A stretch of 64,000 nt of DNA from Bryobacterales bacterium. Its GTDB lineage: Bacteria; Acidobacteriota; Terriglobia; Bryobacterales; UBA6623. The position numbers and the translations under genes are program-made. The DNA is taken from positions 415,232 to 479,231 of the forward strand of contig CBDDCY010000008.1 in the NCBI GenBank assembly GCA_965226435.1. The letters are read 5' to 3'. Below the pieces are notes generated by a model. That model was not told the DNA's origin. It saw nothing but the letters and a program-made list of their open reading frames with translations, and ran no database searches. Below are positions 45,164-56,306 of this stretch, one piece after another (position 1 is the first letter of the stretch; each line of letters starts with the position of its first letter).

Positions 45164-48100
45164 ATGTTGAACTACGGTTTACCACCGAAGCAGGGCCTCT
45201 ACGACCCTGAACACGAGCACGACGCGTGCGGCATCGGCTTTGTGGCCGATATCAAGGGCCGCCGGTCGCACGATATTGTCCAAAAGGGCCTTGAGGTTCT
45301 CGTCAACCTCACCCACCGCGGCGCCTGTGGCTGTGACCCCGAAACCGGTGACGGCGCGGGACTGCTGTTGCAGATGCCGCATACTTTCTTCGAACGCGAG
45401 TGTGACTCGTTGGGGATCGCTCTGCCCGCCGAGGGACAGTATGGTGTCGGGCAACTGTTTTTCTCGGCCGACGAAAACGACCATCCGGTGGTCAAGGGCA
45501 TGGTCGAGCGCGTGGTTGCCGAGGAAGGCGAAACCGTGCTGGGGTGGCGGGTCGTGCCGACCCGCTCCGACGCCATCGGCTGGCTGGCGCGGGAGTCCGA
45601 GCCGGCCGTCGAACAGGTCTTCATTGGGCGAGGGGAAGCCTCGAAAGACATCGACGGCGACGCCTGGGAACGCAAGCTCTACGTCATCGCCAAGCGCACG
45701 GAATCGGAAGCACGAAAGCTCAAGCTGCCGCGCTACTACCCTTGCTCGATGTCGGCGCGGACCATCTGCTACAAAGGCTTGCTGATCGCCCCGCAGATCC
45801 CGAACTATTTTGTCGATCTCGGCGACGATCTTTTCCGCTCCGCGATCGCGTTGGTCCATCAACGTTTTTCGACCAACACGTTCCCGACCTGGGAGCGCGC
45901 GCAGCCGTTTCGCTACCTGGCGCACAACGGTGAAATCAACACCCTGCGCGGCAACATCAACTGGATGAGTTCGCGCGAGGCCACCTTCTCATCGCCGCTC
46001 TACGGAGACGACATCAAGAAGCTGCTGCCGATCATCGACGAGACCGGCAGCGACTCGGCGATGATCGACAACGCTCTCGAGTTGCTCATCAAGGGCGGGC
46101 GCGAATCCCCGCACGCGATGATGATGCTGATTCCCGAGGCCTGGAGTTCCCATGAACACATGGAGGGCTACAAGAAAGCCTTCTACGAGTACCACGCCAC
46201 GATGATGGAGCCCTGGGACGGCCCGGCGTCGATTGTCTTCAGCGACGGACGCTATGTCGGCGGCGTACTCGACCGCAACGGTCTCAGGCCGTCGCGCTAC
46301 TACGTCACTCACGACGACATTGTGGTGATGGGCTCGGAAGCCGGCGTGCTGCAATTCGCCCCCGAGAACATCCGCTACAAAGGACGCCTGCAGCCGGGCC
46401 GCATGTTCCTAGTTGATACCGGCGAAGGCCGCATCGTCGAGGACGAGGAAATCAAGAAGACCTATTCGACCAGAAGACCCTACGGGGAATGGCTCGATGC
46501 ACAATTGATTCAGGCCAAGGACCTGCCGGAACCGGCCGAGGTTCACGGCACGAACTTCGACACGCTGCTCGGACGTCAGCGCATGTTCGGCTACACCATG
46601 GAAGACCAGCGTATTCTGCTCGGTCCCATGGCCGCCGTTGGCCAAGAACCCATTGGTTCGATGGGCATCGATACGCCGCTGGCCTGCCTGTCGGATCGCC
46701 CGCAGTTGCTGTTCAGCTATTTCAAGCAACTGTTCGCGCAGGTGACCAATCCCGCGATCGATCCGATCCGCGAACAGTTGGTGATGTCGACCATCACCTA
46801 CATCGGCCCGCAGGGCAACCTGCTCGACGAAACACCCGAGCACGCACATCTGCTGCGGGTGGATTTGCCCGTGCTGACCAATCGCGAGTTGGAAAAGCTG
46901 CGCGGGGTCGGCGAGCCGGGGTCGATCGAGTACGGCGCGGGCAACGGGGCTTCGGGCAAGGCGGGCAAGATTCGCTTCGGCGCGAAGACGCTGCCGACGC
47001 TGTTTGATCCCGCGAGCGGCGGCGAGGGTTTGGAGAAGGCTCTCGACGAGCTTTGCTCCAAGGCCGAGGCAGCGGCCAACAGCGGTTACAGCGTTCTGAT
47101 TCTCTCCGACCGCGGCGCGGGCGGCGACCTGGCGCCGATGCCGAGTCTGCTGGCTCTGGCGGCGGTGCATCATCATTTGATCCGCGTCGCGGTGCGAGGT
47201 AAGGTGGGGCTGATTGTGGAGTCGGGCGAGCCTCGCGAGGTGATGCACTTCTGTCTACTGATCGGCTACGGGGCCAACGCGATCAACCCCTATCTTGCGT
47301 TTGAAACGCTCGAAGGCATGCATCGCGACGGTGCTCTCGCCGAGGGGCTGGATCTCGAAAAAGCGGTTGTGAACTACATCTTCGCCATCAAGAAGGGCGT
47401 GCTCAAAGTCATGTCCAAGATGGGCATCTCGACGGTGCAGAGCTACCACGGCGCGCAGATTTTCGAGGCCGTCGGCCTCAACAGCAACGTCGTCGAGCGG
47501 TATTTCACCGGCACGGCTTCCCAGATCGAGGGTGTCGGACTTGACGTCATTGCCGAGGAAACCGCCAAGCGTCACGAGTTCGCCTATCACCCGGTGACCG
47601 ACGCGGTAAACGAGCTCGATGTCGGCGGCGCGTATCAGTTTCGTATGCGCGGTGAACAGCACCTGCTCAACCCGACGACGGTTTCCAAGCTACAGCACGC
47701 CGTTCAACAGCAAAGCTTCAAGACCTTCCAGGAGTTCTCCTCCACGATCAACGATATGAATAAGACCCTGTGCACGCTGCGGGGTCTGTTCGAGTTCAAG
47801 AAATCCGACGCCCCGGTTCCGATCGAGGAGGTCGAGCCGGCCACGGATATCGTCAAGCGTTTCTGCACCGGTGCGATGTCATTCGGCTCGATCAGCACCG
47901 AGGCGCACGAAACTCTGGCGATCGCGATGAACCGCATCGGCGGCCGCAGCAATACCGGCGAAGGCGGCGAGGACGAACGTCGCTTCGCCCGCGACGCGGA
48001 CGGCGACTGGCGCCGCAGCGCGATCAAGCAAGTCGCCTCGGGGCGCTTCGGCGTCACGTCGAACTACCTGGTCAACGCCGACGAGTTGCAGATCAAAATC

Positions 48101-49753
48101 GCGCAGGGCGCCAAGCCCGGCGAGGGCGGCCAGCTACCCGGCCACAAGGTGGACCAGACCATTGCCCGGTTACGTCACTCGACGCCCGGCGTGGGGCTGA
48201 TTTCGCCGCCGCCGCACCATGACATTTACTCCATCGAAGATCTGGCGCAGTTGATTTTCGACTTGAAAAACGGCAACAAGAACGCCAATGTCTCGGTGAA
48301 GCTGGTGTCGGAGGTGGGCGTCGGCACCGTCGCCGCCGGCGTTTCAAAAGGCCACGCCGACCTGGTGCTCATCAGCGGCCACGACGGCGGTACGGGGGCT
48401 TCTCCGGTCAGCTCGATTCGTCACGCCGGAACGCCTTGGGAATTGGGGCTTTCCGAAACCCAACAGGTCCTCGTGATGAACGACCTGCGCAGCCGCATCA
48501 CCGTGCAAGTCGACGGCAAACTGATGACCGGCCGCGATGTCGCCATCGGGGCGCTGCTCGGGGCCGAGGAGTTCGGCTTCTCGACGATGCCGCTGATTTC
48601 GCTGGGCTGCATCATGATGCGCAAGTGTCACTTGAATACCTGCCCGGTCGGGATCGCGACGCAAGATCCCGAGCTGCGCAAGAAGTTCGAGGGGCAGCCG
48701 GAAAGCGTCATCAACTTCTTCTTCTTCATCGCCGAGGAATTGCGGCAAATCATGGCCGAGCTGGGTTTCCGCAAGATCACCGACATGGTTGGCCGCGTCG
48801 ACATGCTCGACACGAAGAAGGCCGTCAACCACTGGAAAGCCAAGGGGCTCGATTTCAGCAGAGTCTTCTTTGACCCGCCGGTGGACAAGAGCGTTGGCCG
48901 CCACCGCACCAAGGGTCAGGATCACGGCCTGGAAGTGCAGCTCGACAATCGTTTGATCGAGCAGGCCGCGCCGGCGCTGGAAAGCGGAAAGCGCGTCGAA
49001 ATCGAAACCGACATCGTCAATATCAACCGCACCGTCGGCGGGATGCTGAGCGCCGAGGTTTCGCGACGATACGGCTCGAAAGGCCTTCCCGACGACACGA
49101 TCAACATCAAGCTGAGAGGCTCGGCCGGCCAGAGCTTCGGTTGCTGGGGCGCCAAGGGCCTTTCGATGACACTCGAAGGCGACGCCAACGATTACTTCGC
49201 CAAGGGACTGTCGGGCGCGCGGCTGGTCGTCTATCCGCCAAAGGGTTCGAGCTTCGTCTTCGAGGAGAACATCATCATCGGCAACGTGTCGTTTTACGGG
49301 GCGACGTCGGGCGAGGCCTACGTCAACGGCATGGCGGGTGAGCGTTTCTGCATTCGCAACAGCGGCGCGACGATTGTCGTCGAAGGCGTGGGCGACCACG
49401 GTTGCGAATACATGACAAACGGACGCGCGATCATCCTCGGCGCGGCGGGACGCAACTTCGGCGCGGGCATGAGCGGCGGTTTCGCGTTCATCCTCGACGA
49501 GGCGGGCGAGTTCGGCGAGAAGTCGGCCAACCATACGATGATCGATTTGGAACCGTTCGACGATCCCGCCGACATGGCGTTCGTCAAGGAGCAAATCGAA
49601 CGGCACGTTGTCTACACCAACAGCCCGAAAGGCCGTTGGATACTCGACAACTGGGAGAAGATGCTGCCGAAATTCATCAAGGTCTTCCCCAAGGAATTGA
49701 AGAAAGCGCTAAGCGACCGCATGAGCGCCGAAAAGGCGCTGGTCTCGGCTTAG
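45164..49753 (+). CDS. gltB: Glutamate synthase large subunit
   Basis: [66 protein letters not shown]. Confidence 0.98.
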   Translation: MLNYGLPPKQGLYDPEHEHDACGIGFVADIKGRRSHDIVQKGLEVLVNLTHRGACGCDPETGDGAGLLLQMPHTFFERECDSLGIALPAEGQYGVGQLFFSADENDHPVVKGMVERVVAEEGETVLGWRVVPTRSDAIGWLARESEPAVEQVFIGRGEASKDIDGDAWERKLYVIAKRTESEARKLKLPRYYPCSMSARTICYKGLLIAPQIPNYFVDLGDDLFRSAIALVHQRFSTNTFPTWERAQPFRYLAHNGEINTLRGNINWMSSREATFSSPLYGDDIKKLLPIIDETGSDSAMIDNALELLIKGGRESPHAMMMLIPEAWSSHEHMEGYKKAFYEYHATMMEPWDGPASIVFSDGRYVGGVLDRNGLRPSRYYVTHDDIVVMGSEAGVLQFAPENIRYKGRLQPGRMFLVDTGEGRIVEDEEIKKTYSTRRPYGEWLDAQLIQAKDLPEPAEVHGTNFDTLLGRQRMFGYTMEDQRILLGPMAAVGQEPIGSMGIDTPLACLSDRPQLLFSYFKQLFAQVTNPAIDPIREQLVMSTITYIGPQGNLLDETPEHAHLLRVDLPVLTNRELEKLRGVGEPGSIEYGAGNGASGKAGKIRFGAKTLPTLFDPASGGEGLEKALDELCSKAEAAANSGYSVLILSDRGAGGDLAPMPSLLALAAVHHHLIRVAVRGKVGLIVESGEPREVMHFCLLIGYGANAINPYLAFETLEGMHRDGALAEGLDLEKAVVNYIFAIKKGVLKVMSKMGISTVQSYHGAQIFEAVGLNSNVVERYFTGTASQIEGVGLDVIAEETAKRHEFAYHPVTDAVNELDVGGAYQFRMRGEQHLLNPTTVSKLQHAVQQQSFKTFQEFSSTINDMNKTLCTLRGLFEFKKSDAPVPIEEVEPATDIVKRFCTGAMSFGSISTEAHETLAIAMNRIGGRSNTGEGGEDERRFARDADGDWRRSAIKQVASGRFGVTSNYLVNADELQIKIAQGAKPGEGGQLPGHKVDQTIARLRHSTPGVGLISPPPHHDIYSIEDLAQLIFDLKNGNKNANVSVKLVSEVGVGTVAAGVSKGHADLVLISGHDGGTGASPVSSIRHAGTPWELGLSETQQVLVMNDLRSRITVQVDGKLMTGRDVAIGALLGAEEFGFSTMPLISLGCIMMRKCHLNTCPVGIATQDPELRKKFEGQPESVINFFFFIAEELRQIMAELGFRKITDMVGRVDMLDTKKAVNHWKAKGLDFSRVFFDPPVDKSVGRHRTKGQDHGLEVQLDNRLIEQAAPALESGKRVEIETDIVNINRTVGGMLSAEVSRRYGSKGLPDDTINIKLRGSAGQSFGCWGAKGLSMTLEGDANDYFAKGLSGARLVVYPPKGSSFVFEENIIIGNVSFYGATSGEAYVNGMAGERFCIRNSGATIVVEGVGDHGCEYMTNGRAIILGAAGRNFGAGMSGGFAFILDEAGEFGEKSANHTMIDLEPFDDPADMAFVKEQIERHVVYTNSPKGRWILDNWEKMLPKFIKVFPKELKKALSDRMSAEKALVSA

Positions 49754-49827
49754 GCATTCGAGCGCGCGCGCCGAGCTTGCGCCCTAGCGAAGCCGCCCGT
49801 GGTTGAGCGGGCGCGGTGACGGATTTG

Positions 49828-49926
49828 AGCCGCGAAGCGGCGGCCGGAATATAGCCCAGGGTGAAGCCGAAGGCGAAACCCTGGGTAGGGAAGCAAAGAG
49901 GTTGAGCCCTGAAAGGGCGGCAGGAA
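49828..49926 (-). repeat. ~100-bp REP-like intergenic repeat, copy C (between gltB and gltD)
   Basis: Reverse complement reads TTCCTGCCGCCCTTTCAGGGCTCAAC...CCCAGGGTTTCGCCTTCGGCTTCACCCTGGGCTATATTCCGGCCGCCGCTTCGCGGCT. Confidence 0.8.
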
Positions 49927-50051
49927 CGCATCTTTGCATGGCGGTCTTACCAACGCGCGGATTCAAAGAATCACGCCCCCCATTTTTCCGGCTCGACTCG
50001 GCCGGCCGCGAGAGTTGGACCATGACGCTTTAGAAAGACTGTTTCGATCGC

Positions 50052-51518
50052 ATGGGTAAAACAACAGGATTCATGGAATACGAACGTCAAGCCCCCGAGG
50101 GGCGCGACGTACTTGTTCGTATCAAGGACTACAAAGAAGTCTATGAACCAATGGCCGAGCCGGATCTCAAGGATCAGGGCGCGCGCTGCATGGATTGCGG
50201 CATTCCCTTCTGCCACACCGGCTGCCCGTTAAACAACATCATTCCCGACTTCAACGACCTGGTCTATCGCGGCCGTTGGAAAGACGCCCTGCGCGAGCTG
50301 CACTCGACCAACAACTTCCCCGAGTTCACCGGGCGCATCTGTCCGGCGCCGTGCGAAGAGGCCTGCGTGCTCGGCATCAACGAAGACCCCGTGTCGATCA
50401 AAGCCATCGAGAAGTCGATCGTCGACCGCGGTTGGGAAGAAGGCTGGATCGTTCCCGAGCCCCCGGCAAAGCGCACCGGCAAGAAAGTCGCCGTGATCGG
50501 CGCGGGGCCGGCGGGCCTTGCGGCTTCGCAGCAGTTGAACCGCGCCGGCCACCTGGTGACGGCCTTTGAGAAGAATGAAGTCCCCGGCGGTCTGATGGTC
50601 CTCGGGATTCCCGACTTCAAGATGGAAAAGCACCTCGTCGTCCGCCGCGTCGAGCAGATGGAAGCCGAGGGCATCACCTTCAAGTGCGGGGTCCATGTCG
50701 GCGTCGACGTCAGGGGCAAGGAGTTGTTGGACGAGTTCGACGCCGTTGTGATCACGACCGGCGCCGAGAACCCGCGCGATCTCGACATCCCCGGCCGCGA
50801 TCTCGAGGGCATCTATTACGCGATGCAGTTTCTGCCGCAACAGAACCGCCGCGTGGGCGGCCGTCCGGTCAACCCCGATTTCGACATCACCGCCGAAGGC
50901 AAGCACGTGATCATCATCGGCGGCGGTGATACGGGCGCCGACTGCCTGGGAACAACACGACGCCAAGGCGCGAAGTCGATTCGGCAATTCGAGTTACTGC
51001 CCAAGCCCCCAATGACCCGCGACGAGCCGGGAGCCTTCGCCTGGCCGCTGTGGCCTTTCACCTTCAGGGCCGAAAGCTCGCACGCCGAGGGCGATGTGCG
51101 CGAATGGGCCGTCAACACCAAGGAATTTCTCGGCGACGAGAATGGCCATGTCACGACGCTGCGGGGCGTCGAACTCGCATGGCCCGACGTGGATCCGGAA
51201 ACCAACCGCCGCCCCTTTAAGTTCGAGGACAAGCCAGGATCGGAATTCGCGGTCCCCGCCGACCTCGTGCTGCTGGCGATGGGCTTCCTGGGCCCGGTTC
51301 ACAACGGCCTGGTCGACGGGCTGGAACTCGAAAAGGATCCGCGCGGCAACATCAAGGCGACGTTCGAAGAATTCCAAACCTCGAACGAAAAGGTCTTCGC
51401 CGCCGGCGACGCCCGCCGCGGCCAATCCCTTGTCGTCTGGGCCCTAGCGGAAGGACGCAAAGCCGCCCACGCCGTCGACACCTACCTGATGGGCAAGAGC
51501 GACCTGCCGAAGTGCTGA
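50052..51518 (+). CDS. gltD: Glutamate synthase small subunit
   Basis: [48 protein letters not shown]. Confidence 0.97.
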   Translation: MGKTTGFMEYERQAPEGRDVLVRIKDYKEVYEPMAEPDLKDQGARCMDCGIPFCHTGCPLNNIIPDFNDLVYRGRWKDALRELHSTNNFPEFTGRICPAPCEEACVLGINEDPVSIKAIEKSIVDRGWEEGWIVPEPPAKRTGKKVAVIGAGPAGLAASQQLNRAGHLVTAFEKNEVPGGLMVLGIPDFKMEKHLVVRRVEQMEAEGITFKCGVHVGVDVRGKELLDEFDAVVITTGAENPRDLDIPGRDLEGIYYAMQFLPQQNRRVGGRPVNPDFDITAEGKHVIIIGGGDTGADCLGTTRRQGAKSIRQFELLPKPPMTRDEPGAFAWPLWPFTFRAESSHAEGDVREWAVNTKEFLGDENGHVTTLRGVELAWPDVDPETNRRPFKFEDKPGSEFAVPADLVLLAMGFLGPVHNGLVDGLELEKDPRGNIKATFEEFQTSNEKVFAAGDARRGQSLVVWALAEGRKAAHAVDTYLMGKSDLPKC

Positions 51519-51613
51519 ACGAACAGCCACGGAAAGCCGGCCAACTGATCGCCGTTGTCGCACCCGAATTCGGTTGGCGGCTGAGTTCCTCACGGTTGTC
51601 CTCCTGGAAACGG

Positions 51614-51886
51614 TTAACCGCCCAACGGCACTCCGACGCCGGCGGCGCGAAGGCCCGCTCGGTCGGGTCCCGAGCCCACACAGCACTGCGCGAGCCGCCC
51701 GTCAATGACGACCGCGGGTATAGCGCGGATACCGTAATCTTTGGCTCTCGCGGCAACTGGCTGCTCTTGTATGTTGAGGACCTCAACATCACAGGATGGG
51801 CAAGCGATGGCGTTTACGAGGGCGACGGTGTCCTCACATAGTGGGCAACCGGCGCTGAAAATTTCGATCTTGCGTTTGGTGTTCAT
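51614..51886 (-). CDS. Small thioredoxin-like protein with multiple cysteines
   Basis: IEIFSAGCPLC, CPSC, YGIRAIPAVVIDG, QCC. Confidence 0.8.
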   Translation of the reverse strand: MNTKRKIEIFSAGCPLCEDTVALVNAIACPSCDVEVLNIQEQPVAARAKDYGIRAIPAVVIDGRLAQCCVGSGPDRAGLRAAGVGVPLGG

Positions 51887-51897
51887 AATCGTAGCTC

Positions 51898-52224
51898 CTA
51901 AAGTTTGGTTTGCGAAGCGGTATCGCGGAGAGATTGACGAATGCGCCCGACCGACGGCGAGCCGGCTTGGGCGCCGTTGTCAAGGTATATGCGGCACGCG
52001 AAAGCGTAACCTTGTTTCTCCGCGTCGGCTCCTTCGATGTCAATGCCGTTGAGCCGAATAGTGGGCGAACCTAGAAAACGTTTGGCTTGTGCGTCTTCAG
52101 GGGACTCAACTCGAATCATGGCAACCTGTTCCGACAAGTGTTCGAGACGCAGGGCTTCCTTGAGATTGTCGAGCGCCCGATGATAAGAGGGGCACTCGTC
52201 GAAGTAGTAGAGTTCAGCCATCAT
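51898..52224 (-). CDS. Thioredoxin-like protein (DUF2703-like, commonly mer-associated)
   Basis: ELYYFDECPSY, FLGSPTIRLNGID, ACRIY. Confidence 0.75.
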   Translation of the reverse strand: MMAELYYFDECPSYHRALDNLKEALRLEHLSEQVAMIRVESPEDAQAKRFLGSPTIRLNGIDIEGADAEKQGYAFACRIYLDNGAQAGSPSVGRIRQSLRDTASQTKL

Positions 52225-52243
52225 TGGACGGTCTCCCGGGAAA

Positions 52244-52849
52244 TCAGGGCCTGGGTCTAGCTGCAAACTCCAGGTCCCGTACTGCCTCTATTAGTTGGTC
52301 AACCGAGATACGTGAGGCGTCGTACTGCACGTGAGCGGTTTTTTTGTCAAAGTTCACCTTGGCAAAGGTGACGCCCGGCTTCTGCTCCACCGCGGCTTGC
52401 ACCGACACCGCGCAGCCGGCACAGGTCATTCCTTCAAGATCGAGGAACGCTTCAGAGACCTCGCCAAGTGAAGCGGTTGCAGCCGGTTCTTTCGAAGAAG
52501 CGCTGTATGCCCCGGCCCAAAACACATCGGAATAATGAGGGAAGGCGGCCAAGGGAACCACCACGGCCGCGGCGAGCCAGAGGAGAAGCTTTTGGGTCTT
52601 CTTCGGAGGCACGACGACACACAATCCATCAACACACTGCTCAACAGGGGGCTTGCGGTAGATCAGGTAGAAACCCGCCGCCAAGAGGGATACGGCAACC
52701 ATCAGGAGGTAGGGTCGCAGGCCTTCGAAAAACGTGGCGGCTCCAAATGTGCTCAAGCCGATTCCAACAGCGACCAGAGGCCCGATACAGCACAGCGACG
52801 CAAGGCCGGCCACGAGCACGGATGCGGTCGTGAGAGCTTTGTTCATCAT
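52244..52849 (-). CDS. merT: MerT-like mercury transporter fused to a MerP/HMA domain
   Basis: ASLCCIGP in TM1, RPY, C-VDGLC loop, C-terminal LEGMTCAGC HMA motif. Confidence 0.85.
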   Translation of the reverse strand: MMNKALTTASVLVAGLASLCCIGPLVAVGIGLSTFGAATFFEGLRPYLLMVAVSLLAAGFYLIYRKPPVEQCVDGLCVVVPPKKTQKLLLWLAAAVVVPLAAFPHYSDVFWAGAYSASSKEPAATASLGEVSEAFLDLEGMTCAGCAVSVQAAVEQKPGVTFAKVNFDKKTAHVQYDASRISVDQLIEAVRDLEFAARPRP

Positions 52850-52860
52850 TGTTTCTCCCT

Positions 52861-53274
52861 TCACCTTTGGCCGTTGGAATCAAGCGATTCGAGAATAGGG
52901 CACTCACTCAATGAGCCGCGCCGCGCGGCGCACCGCCGGACAAGTTCCCCCAGTGCGTTCTGCATTGCCTGAAGCGACAGGATCTTCTCGTCTATCTGTT
53001 TGATCTTCGTGGCGGCCTGCCGCCGAACGTCCAAGCAGGTTGCGCCACGGGTAGCTCGAAGAGACAATAGCTCTTTGATTTCCTTGAGGGAGAAGCCGAG
53101 TTCCTGTGCCTTCTTGACAAATCGCACGCGGCGAACCGTGTCCCCCGGATACAGCCGGTAGTTCGAATGAGTACGCGGGGGCTTGGGTACGATGCCTTGA
53201 CGCTCGTAGTAACGCAAGGTTTCGATGTTGACTTGCGCCTGCTTGGCGACGTCGCCGATGGTTAGCGTGGTCAT
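52861..53274 (-). CDS. merR: Hg(II)-responsive MerR-family regulator
   Basis: TIGDVAKQAQVNIETLRYYER, AQELGFSL; three Cys (ATC, RRC, ECP) in the Hg-binding pattern. Confidence 0.88.
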   Translation of the reverse strand: MTTLTIGDVAKQAQVNIETLRYYERQGIVPKPPRTHSNYRLYPGDTVRRVRFVKKAQELGFSLKEIKELLSLRATRGATCLDVRRQAATKIKQIDEKILSLQAMQNALGELVRRCAARRGSLSECPILESLDSNGQR

Positions 53275-53294
53275 GTTGGTTTGGTTCTACACTC

Positions 53295-53326
53295 AGTCTA
53301 AACCCCGGACCTTAGTACGGTGTCAA
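53295..53326 (-). promoter_or_regulatory. MerR-type promoter/operator with long spacer
   Basis: TTGACA, 20 bp spacer containing the CCGTAC-TAAG-GTCCGG dyad, TAGACT. Confidence 0.8.
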
Positions 53327-53507
53327 GGGTTATTTGTTCAAAAAATCACACCGGCTACCCGTTCGAGGGCGAGCGGCTCGTCGTTCGAAGAAGGTTTGAG
53401 TCAGTCCAAGGCGGCATCTCGCCGAGCACCCGTACGTCACGCCCTCCGAGTGTGGAGGTCACGGCGTTCTAAAAACCCCGAAAGCCCGGGCCGAAAAGTC
53501 GGCATCC

Positions 53508-55901
53508 TCATTCCAACGCCAGGTTGCCGTTCAGGCGATATGCTACCTCGGGTTTGGTCTCCAGGTGGACTTCCTTCTCGCCGTATCGCAGCGTCAACGG
53601 CAAACCACGTTCGGAGACGATCTTCGTTCGAGTCAGCTTTCCGGTTTCCCATTCGAGATCAACGACAAACCCGCCCCGCGCCCGCAAACCCTCGACGCGA
53701 CCGGTTGGGAATGCCGAAGGTAGCGCGGGTAGAAAGTGCAAGAAGCCGCGCCAGCCGGCTTGCACGTCGCTGTAGCCGAGCGGAGTCCCATAGGGATCGT
53801 GGCTTTGCAGCAACATCTCCGCGATCCCCGCCGCGGCGCCGAAGTTGCCGTCGATTTGGAAAGGCGGATGGGCGTCGAATAGATTCGGGTAGAGGCCCCC
53901 TCGGCGACCGTCCAAGTTCTTCGAGGACTTCTTCGTCGGTACCGGCTGGAGTAAATTCCGCAAGATCTTGTACGCGTGATCCCCGTCCAGAAAGCGAGCC
54001 CAAAAGTTGACCTTCCAACCCATCGACCAGCCCGTGGCGCCGTCGCCGCGAAACTCGAGCGAGCGCCGCGCCGCCGCGAAAAGATCGGGCGTACCGAAAG
54101 GCGTAATCTCGACGCCCGGGTGCAAGCCGAACAGGTGCGAAACGTGGCGGTGTTTGTTGTTGGGGTCGTCGACGTCGTCGAGCCACTCCTGGAGCTGCCC
54201 GTGTTTGCCGACGCGGTTCGGCGCGATGCGGCGGCGCAGATCGGCGAGCTGCTCTTGCAAGTCCTCGTCGACATCGAGAATCTCGGCCGCCGCGATCGTA
54301 TTTCCTAACAGGTTGCGGATGATCTGATGATCCATCGTCGGCCCCATGACAAGACCGCCGTTCTCGGGTGAATTGCTCGGCCCCGAAACCAGCCAACGCC
54401 CGTCAGGCGTCTCGACCAACGTATCAGCGAAGAACCGCGAGGCCCCTTTCAATAGCGGGTAAGCGGTGTCGCGCAGAAACTCCTTGTCGCCGCCGAACAG
54501 ATAATGCTGCCAGACGCTCTGACAGAGCCACGCGCCGCCGGTCGGCCAAATGCCGTGATTGGAATGGTTGATCGGAGCGGTGCCGCGCCAAAGGTCAAAG
54601 TTGTGATGCAGCACCCAACCGCCGGCATTGTAGTGCTCGCGAGCGGTCGAGGCGCCCGATTCGGCAACCTCTCGAAGGGCCGCGAAGAGAGGCTCGGCGG
54701 TTTCAGGCAGAGCCGTCATCTCGGCGGGCCAGTAATTCATCTCCGTGTTGATGTTGACGGTGTACTTGCTCTCCCACGGCGGCTTGTTCAGGTCGTTCCA
54801 AAGGCCTTGCAAGTTAGCCGGTTGTCCCCCGGCGCGACTCGACGCGATCAGCAGATAGCGCCCGTATTGAAACAGCAGCGAGACCAGTTGCGGGTCGGCT
54901 TGAGAGGCAAAGCGGCGGATGCGTTCGTCGGTGGTGAGGTTCTTTGTGTCGGCCGCGCCGAGATCGATACGAACGCGCCGAAACAGATCTTGGTGATCGC
55001 GGATGTGGTCGCGGCGCAGCTCTTTGTAGCTCTTCGCGCGCGCCTGCTCGAGTACCCCGCCAGTTCGTTCGGCGGGGTCGGCGGAAACGTCTTGGTAGTT
55101 GACGAAATTCGTGGCTCCCGCGAGAAGCAGCGTGGCGCTGTTGGCCGACCGAACAAGCAGCTTACCGTCGGCGATCTCGACCGAGCCGTCGGTCTGGACC
55201 GCCAGCCGGGCTTCAAATCGAATCGCGCTGTCGGGAACACCCCCCGCCATCACCAGATCTTCTCCGCGAGTCGTCAGCGAGGCCCCCGGGTGCGCGGCGG
55301 CGAGTGAAGCCCGGAACGCGAGGCGCTCGACCCCGGTGGCGGAAAGCCGAACGACAATCACCTTGTCCGGGAAAGACGCGAAGACTTCGCGTTGGTAGTT
55401 CAGGTTGCCGGCGCTAAACTCGACCGAGGCAACAGCGGTGTCCAAGTTAAGATCGCGGCGATAGTCGCTGACGGCGCTCTCATCGACGTCGAGCAGCTCG
55501 ATCTCGAGATCCCCGAACGCCTGGTAGGCCTTCTGTCCCAGCGGAATGCTCATGAAGTGTTCCATGGCCAGTTTTTCGGCTTCCGATTGCTTGCCGGCCC
55601 ACAGCAGCCGGCGAAGCTCCCCGAGATATTTGTGGGAGCCCTTGTTGGCGTAGTCATGCGGAGCACCCTGCCAGACGGTGTCCTCGTTGAATTGGATGCG
55701 CTCTTTGGTGATGCCGCCGAAGACCATCGCCCCCAACCGCCCCTGCCCAACAGGAAGCGCTTCGGTCCATTCGGAAGCGGGCTCGTCATACCACAGCGAC
55801 AACACTTCCTCGGGCGGTTCGGCGGCCGGTAGCGGCGTACCGATCCAAAGAATCGTCGCGGCGATGATGCCGGCGAATGGGATTAACGTACGGAATTTCA
55901 T
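53508..55901 (-). CDS. GH95 alpha-L-fucosidase, exported
   Basis: [69 protein letters not shown]. Confidence 0.93.
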   Translation of the reverse strand: MKFRTLIPFAGIIAATILWIGTPLPAAEPPEEVLSLWYDEPASEWTEALPVGQGRLGAMVFGGITKERIQFNEDTVWQGAPHDYANKGSHKYLGELRRLLWAGKQSEAEKLAMEHFMSIPLGQKAYQAFGDLEIELLDVDESAVSDYRRDLNLDTAVASVEFSAGNLNYQREVFASFPDKVIVVRLSATGVERLAFRASLAAAHPGASLTTRGEDLVMAGGVPDSAIRFEARLAVQTDGSVEIADGKLLVRSANSATLLLAGATNFVNYQDVSADPAERTGGVLEQARAKSYKELRRDHIRDHQDLFRRVRIDLGAADTKNLTTDERIRRFASQADPQLVSLLFQYGRYLLIASSRAGGQPANLQGLWNDLNKPPWESKYTVNINTEMNYWPAEMTALPETAEPLFAALREVAESGASTAREHYNAGGWVLHHNFDLWRGTAPINHSNHGIWPTGGAWLCQSVWQHYLFGGDKEFLRDTAYPLLKGASRFFADTLVETPDGRWLVSGPSNSPENGGLVMGPTMDHQIIRNLLGNTIAAAEILDVDEDLQEQLADLRRRIAPNRVGKHGQLQEWLDDVDDPNNKHRHVSHLFGLHPGVEITPFGTPDLFAAARRSLEFRGDGATGWSMGWKVNFWARFLDGDHAYKILRNLLQPVPTKKSSKNLDGRRGGLYPNLFDAHPPFQIDGNFGAAAGIAEMLLQSHDPYGTPLGYSDVQAGWRGFLHFLPALPSAFPTGRVEGLRARGGFVVDLEWETGKLTRTKIVSERGLPLTLRYGEKEVHLETKPEVAYRLNGNLALE

Positions 55902-56084
55902 CGTGGGTCGTTCAATAGGGCAAATGTTCAGTAGGGCAAAAATGCCGGCCGGCCGGCGGAACTGCCTCCAGTGTACCCCCCGGATTCGCGACTCCGAGCC
56001 GGCTAGTGGAGCCACCGGCCGCGCGGGCCCATTCAGGCCGGAAACTTGGTAGGACGATTGAATTTCGAACCGACGCGGCCCCGG

Positions 56085-56144
56085 TAGCGACCGGCACTCT
56101 TGCCGGTCCTAGCCCACAGTTGAGACAAGCTCTCAGCTTGTCTC
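56085..56144 (+). repeat. Two adjacent REP-like hairpins
   Basis: GTAGC GACCGGCA-CTCT-TGCCGGTC and GAGACAAGCT-CTC-AGCTTGTCTC. Confidence 0.5.
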
Positions 56145-56306
56145 TCAATCTTCTGCATGGGAAAGGGGAAAGTGGGATATCGGCCGTGGGTATGTCGAGG
56201 GCTCACACCCCTGGCCGGCATCAATGAATACCACGATCGATCGAGGCGCTCGATGCTGTCCGCGCGAGCGGCCGTCACCGTCCGTGGACACGCCCTCTTG
56301 TGGAGC

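Noticed and set aside
53380-53470. Minus-strand peptide RTGARRDAALD resembling a tyrosine-recombinase box at the mer operon edge
   Set aside because: Only about 10 residues bounded by stops; cannot be distinguished from chance without a search.
56130-56285. Short frame PRSIVVFIDAGQGCEPST faintly like the DUF1501 N-terminal motif
   Set aside because: Similarity is too weak to call a remnant.
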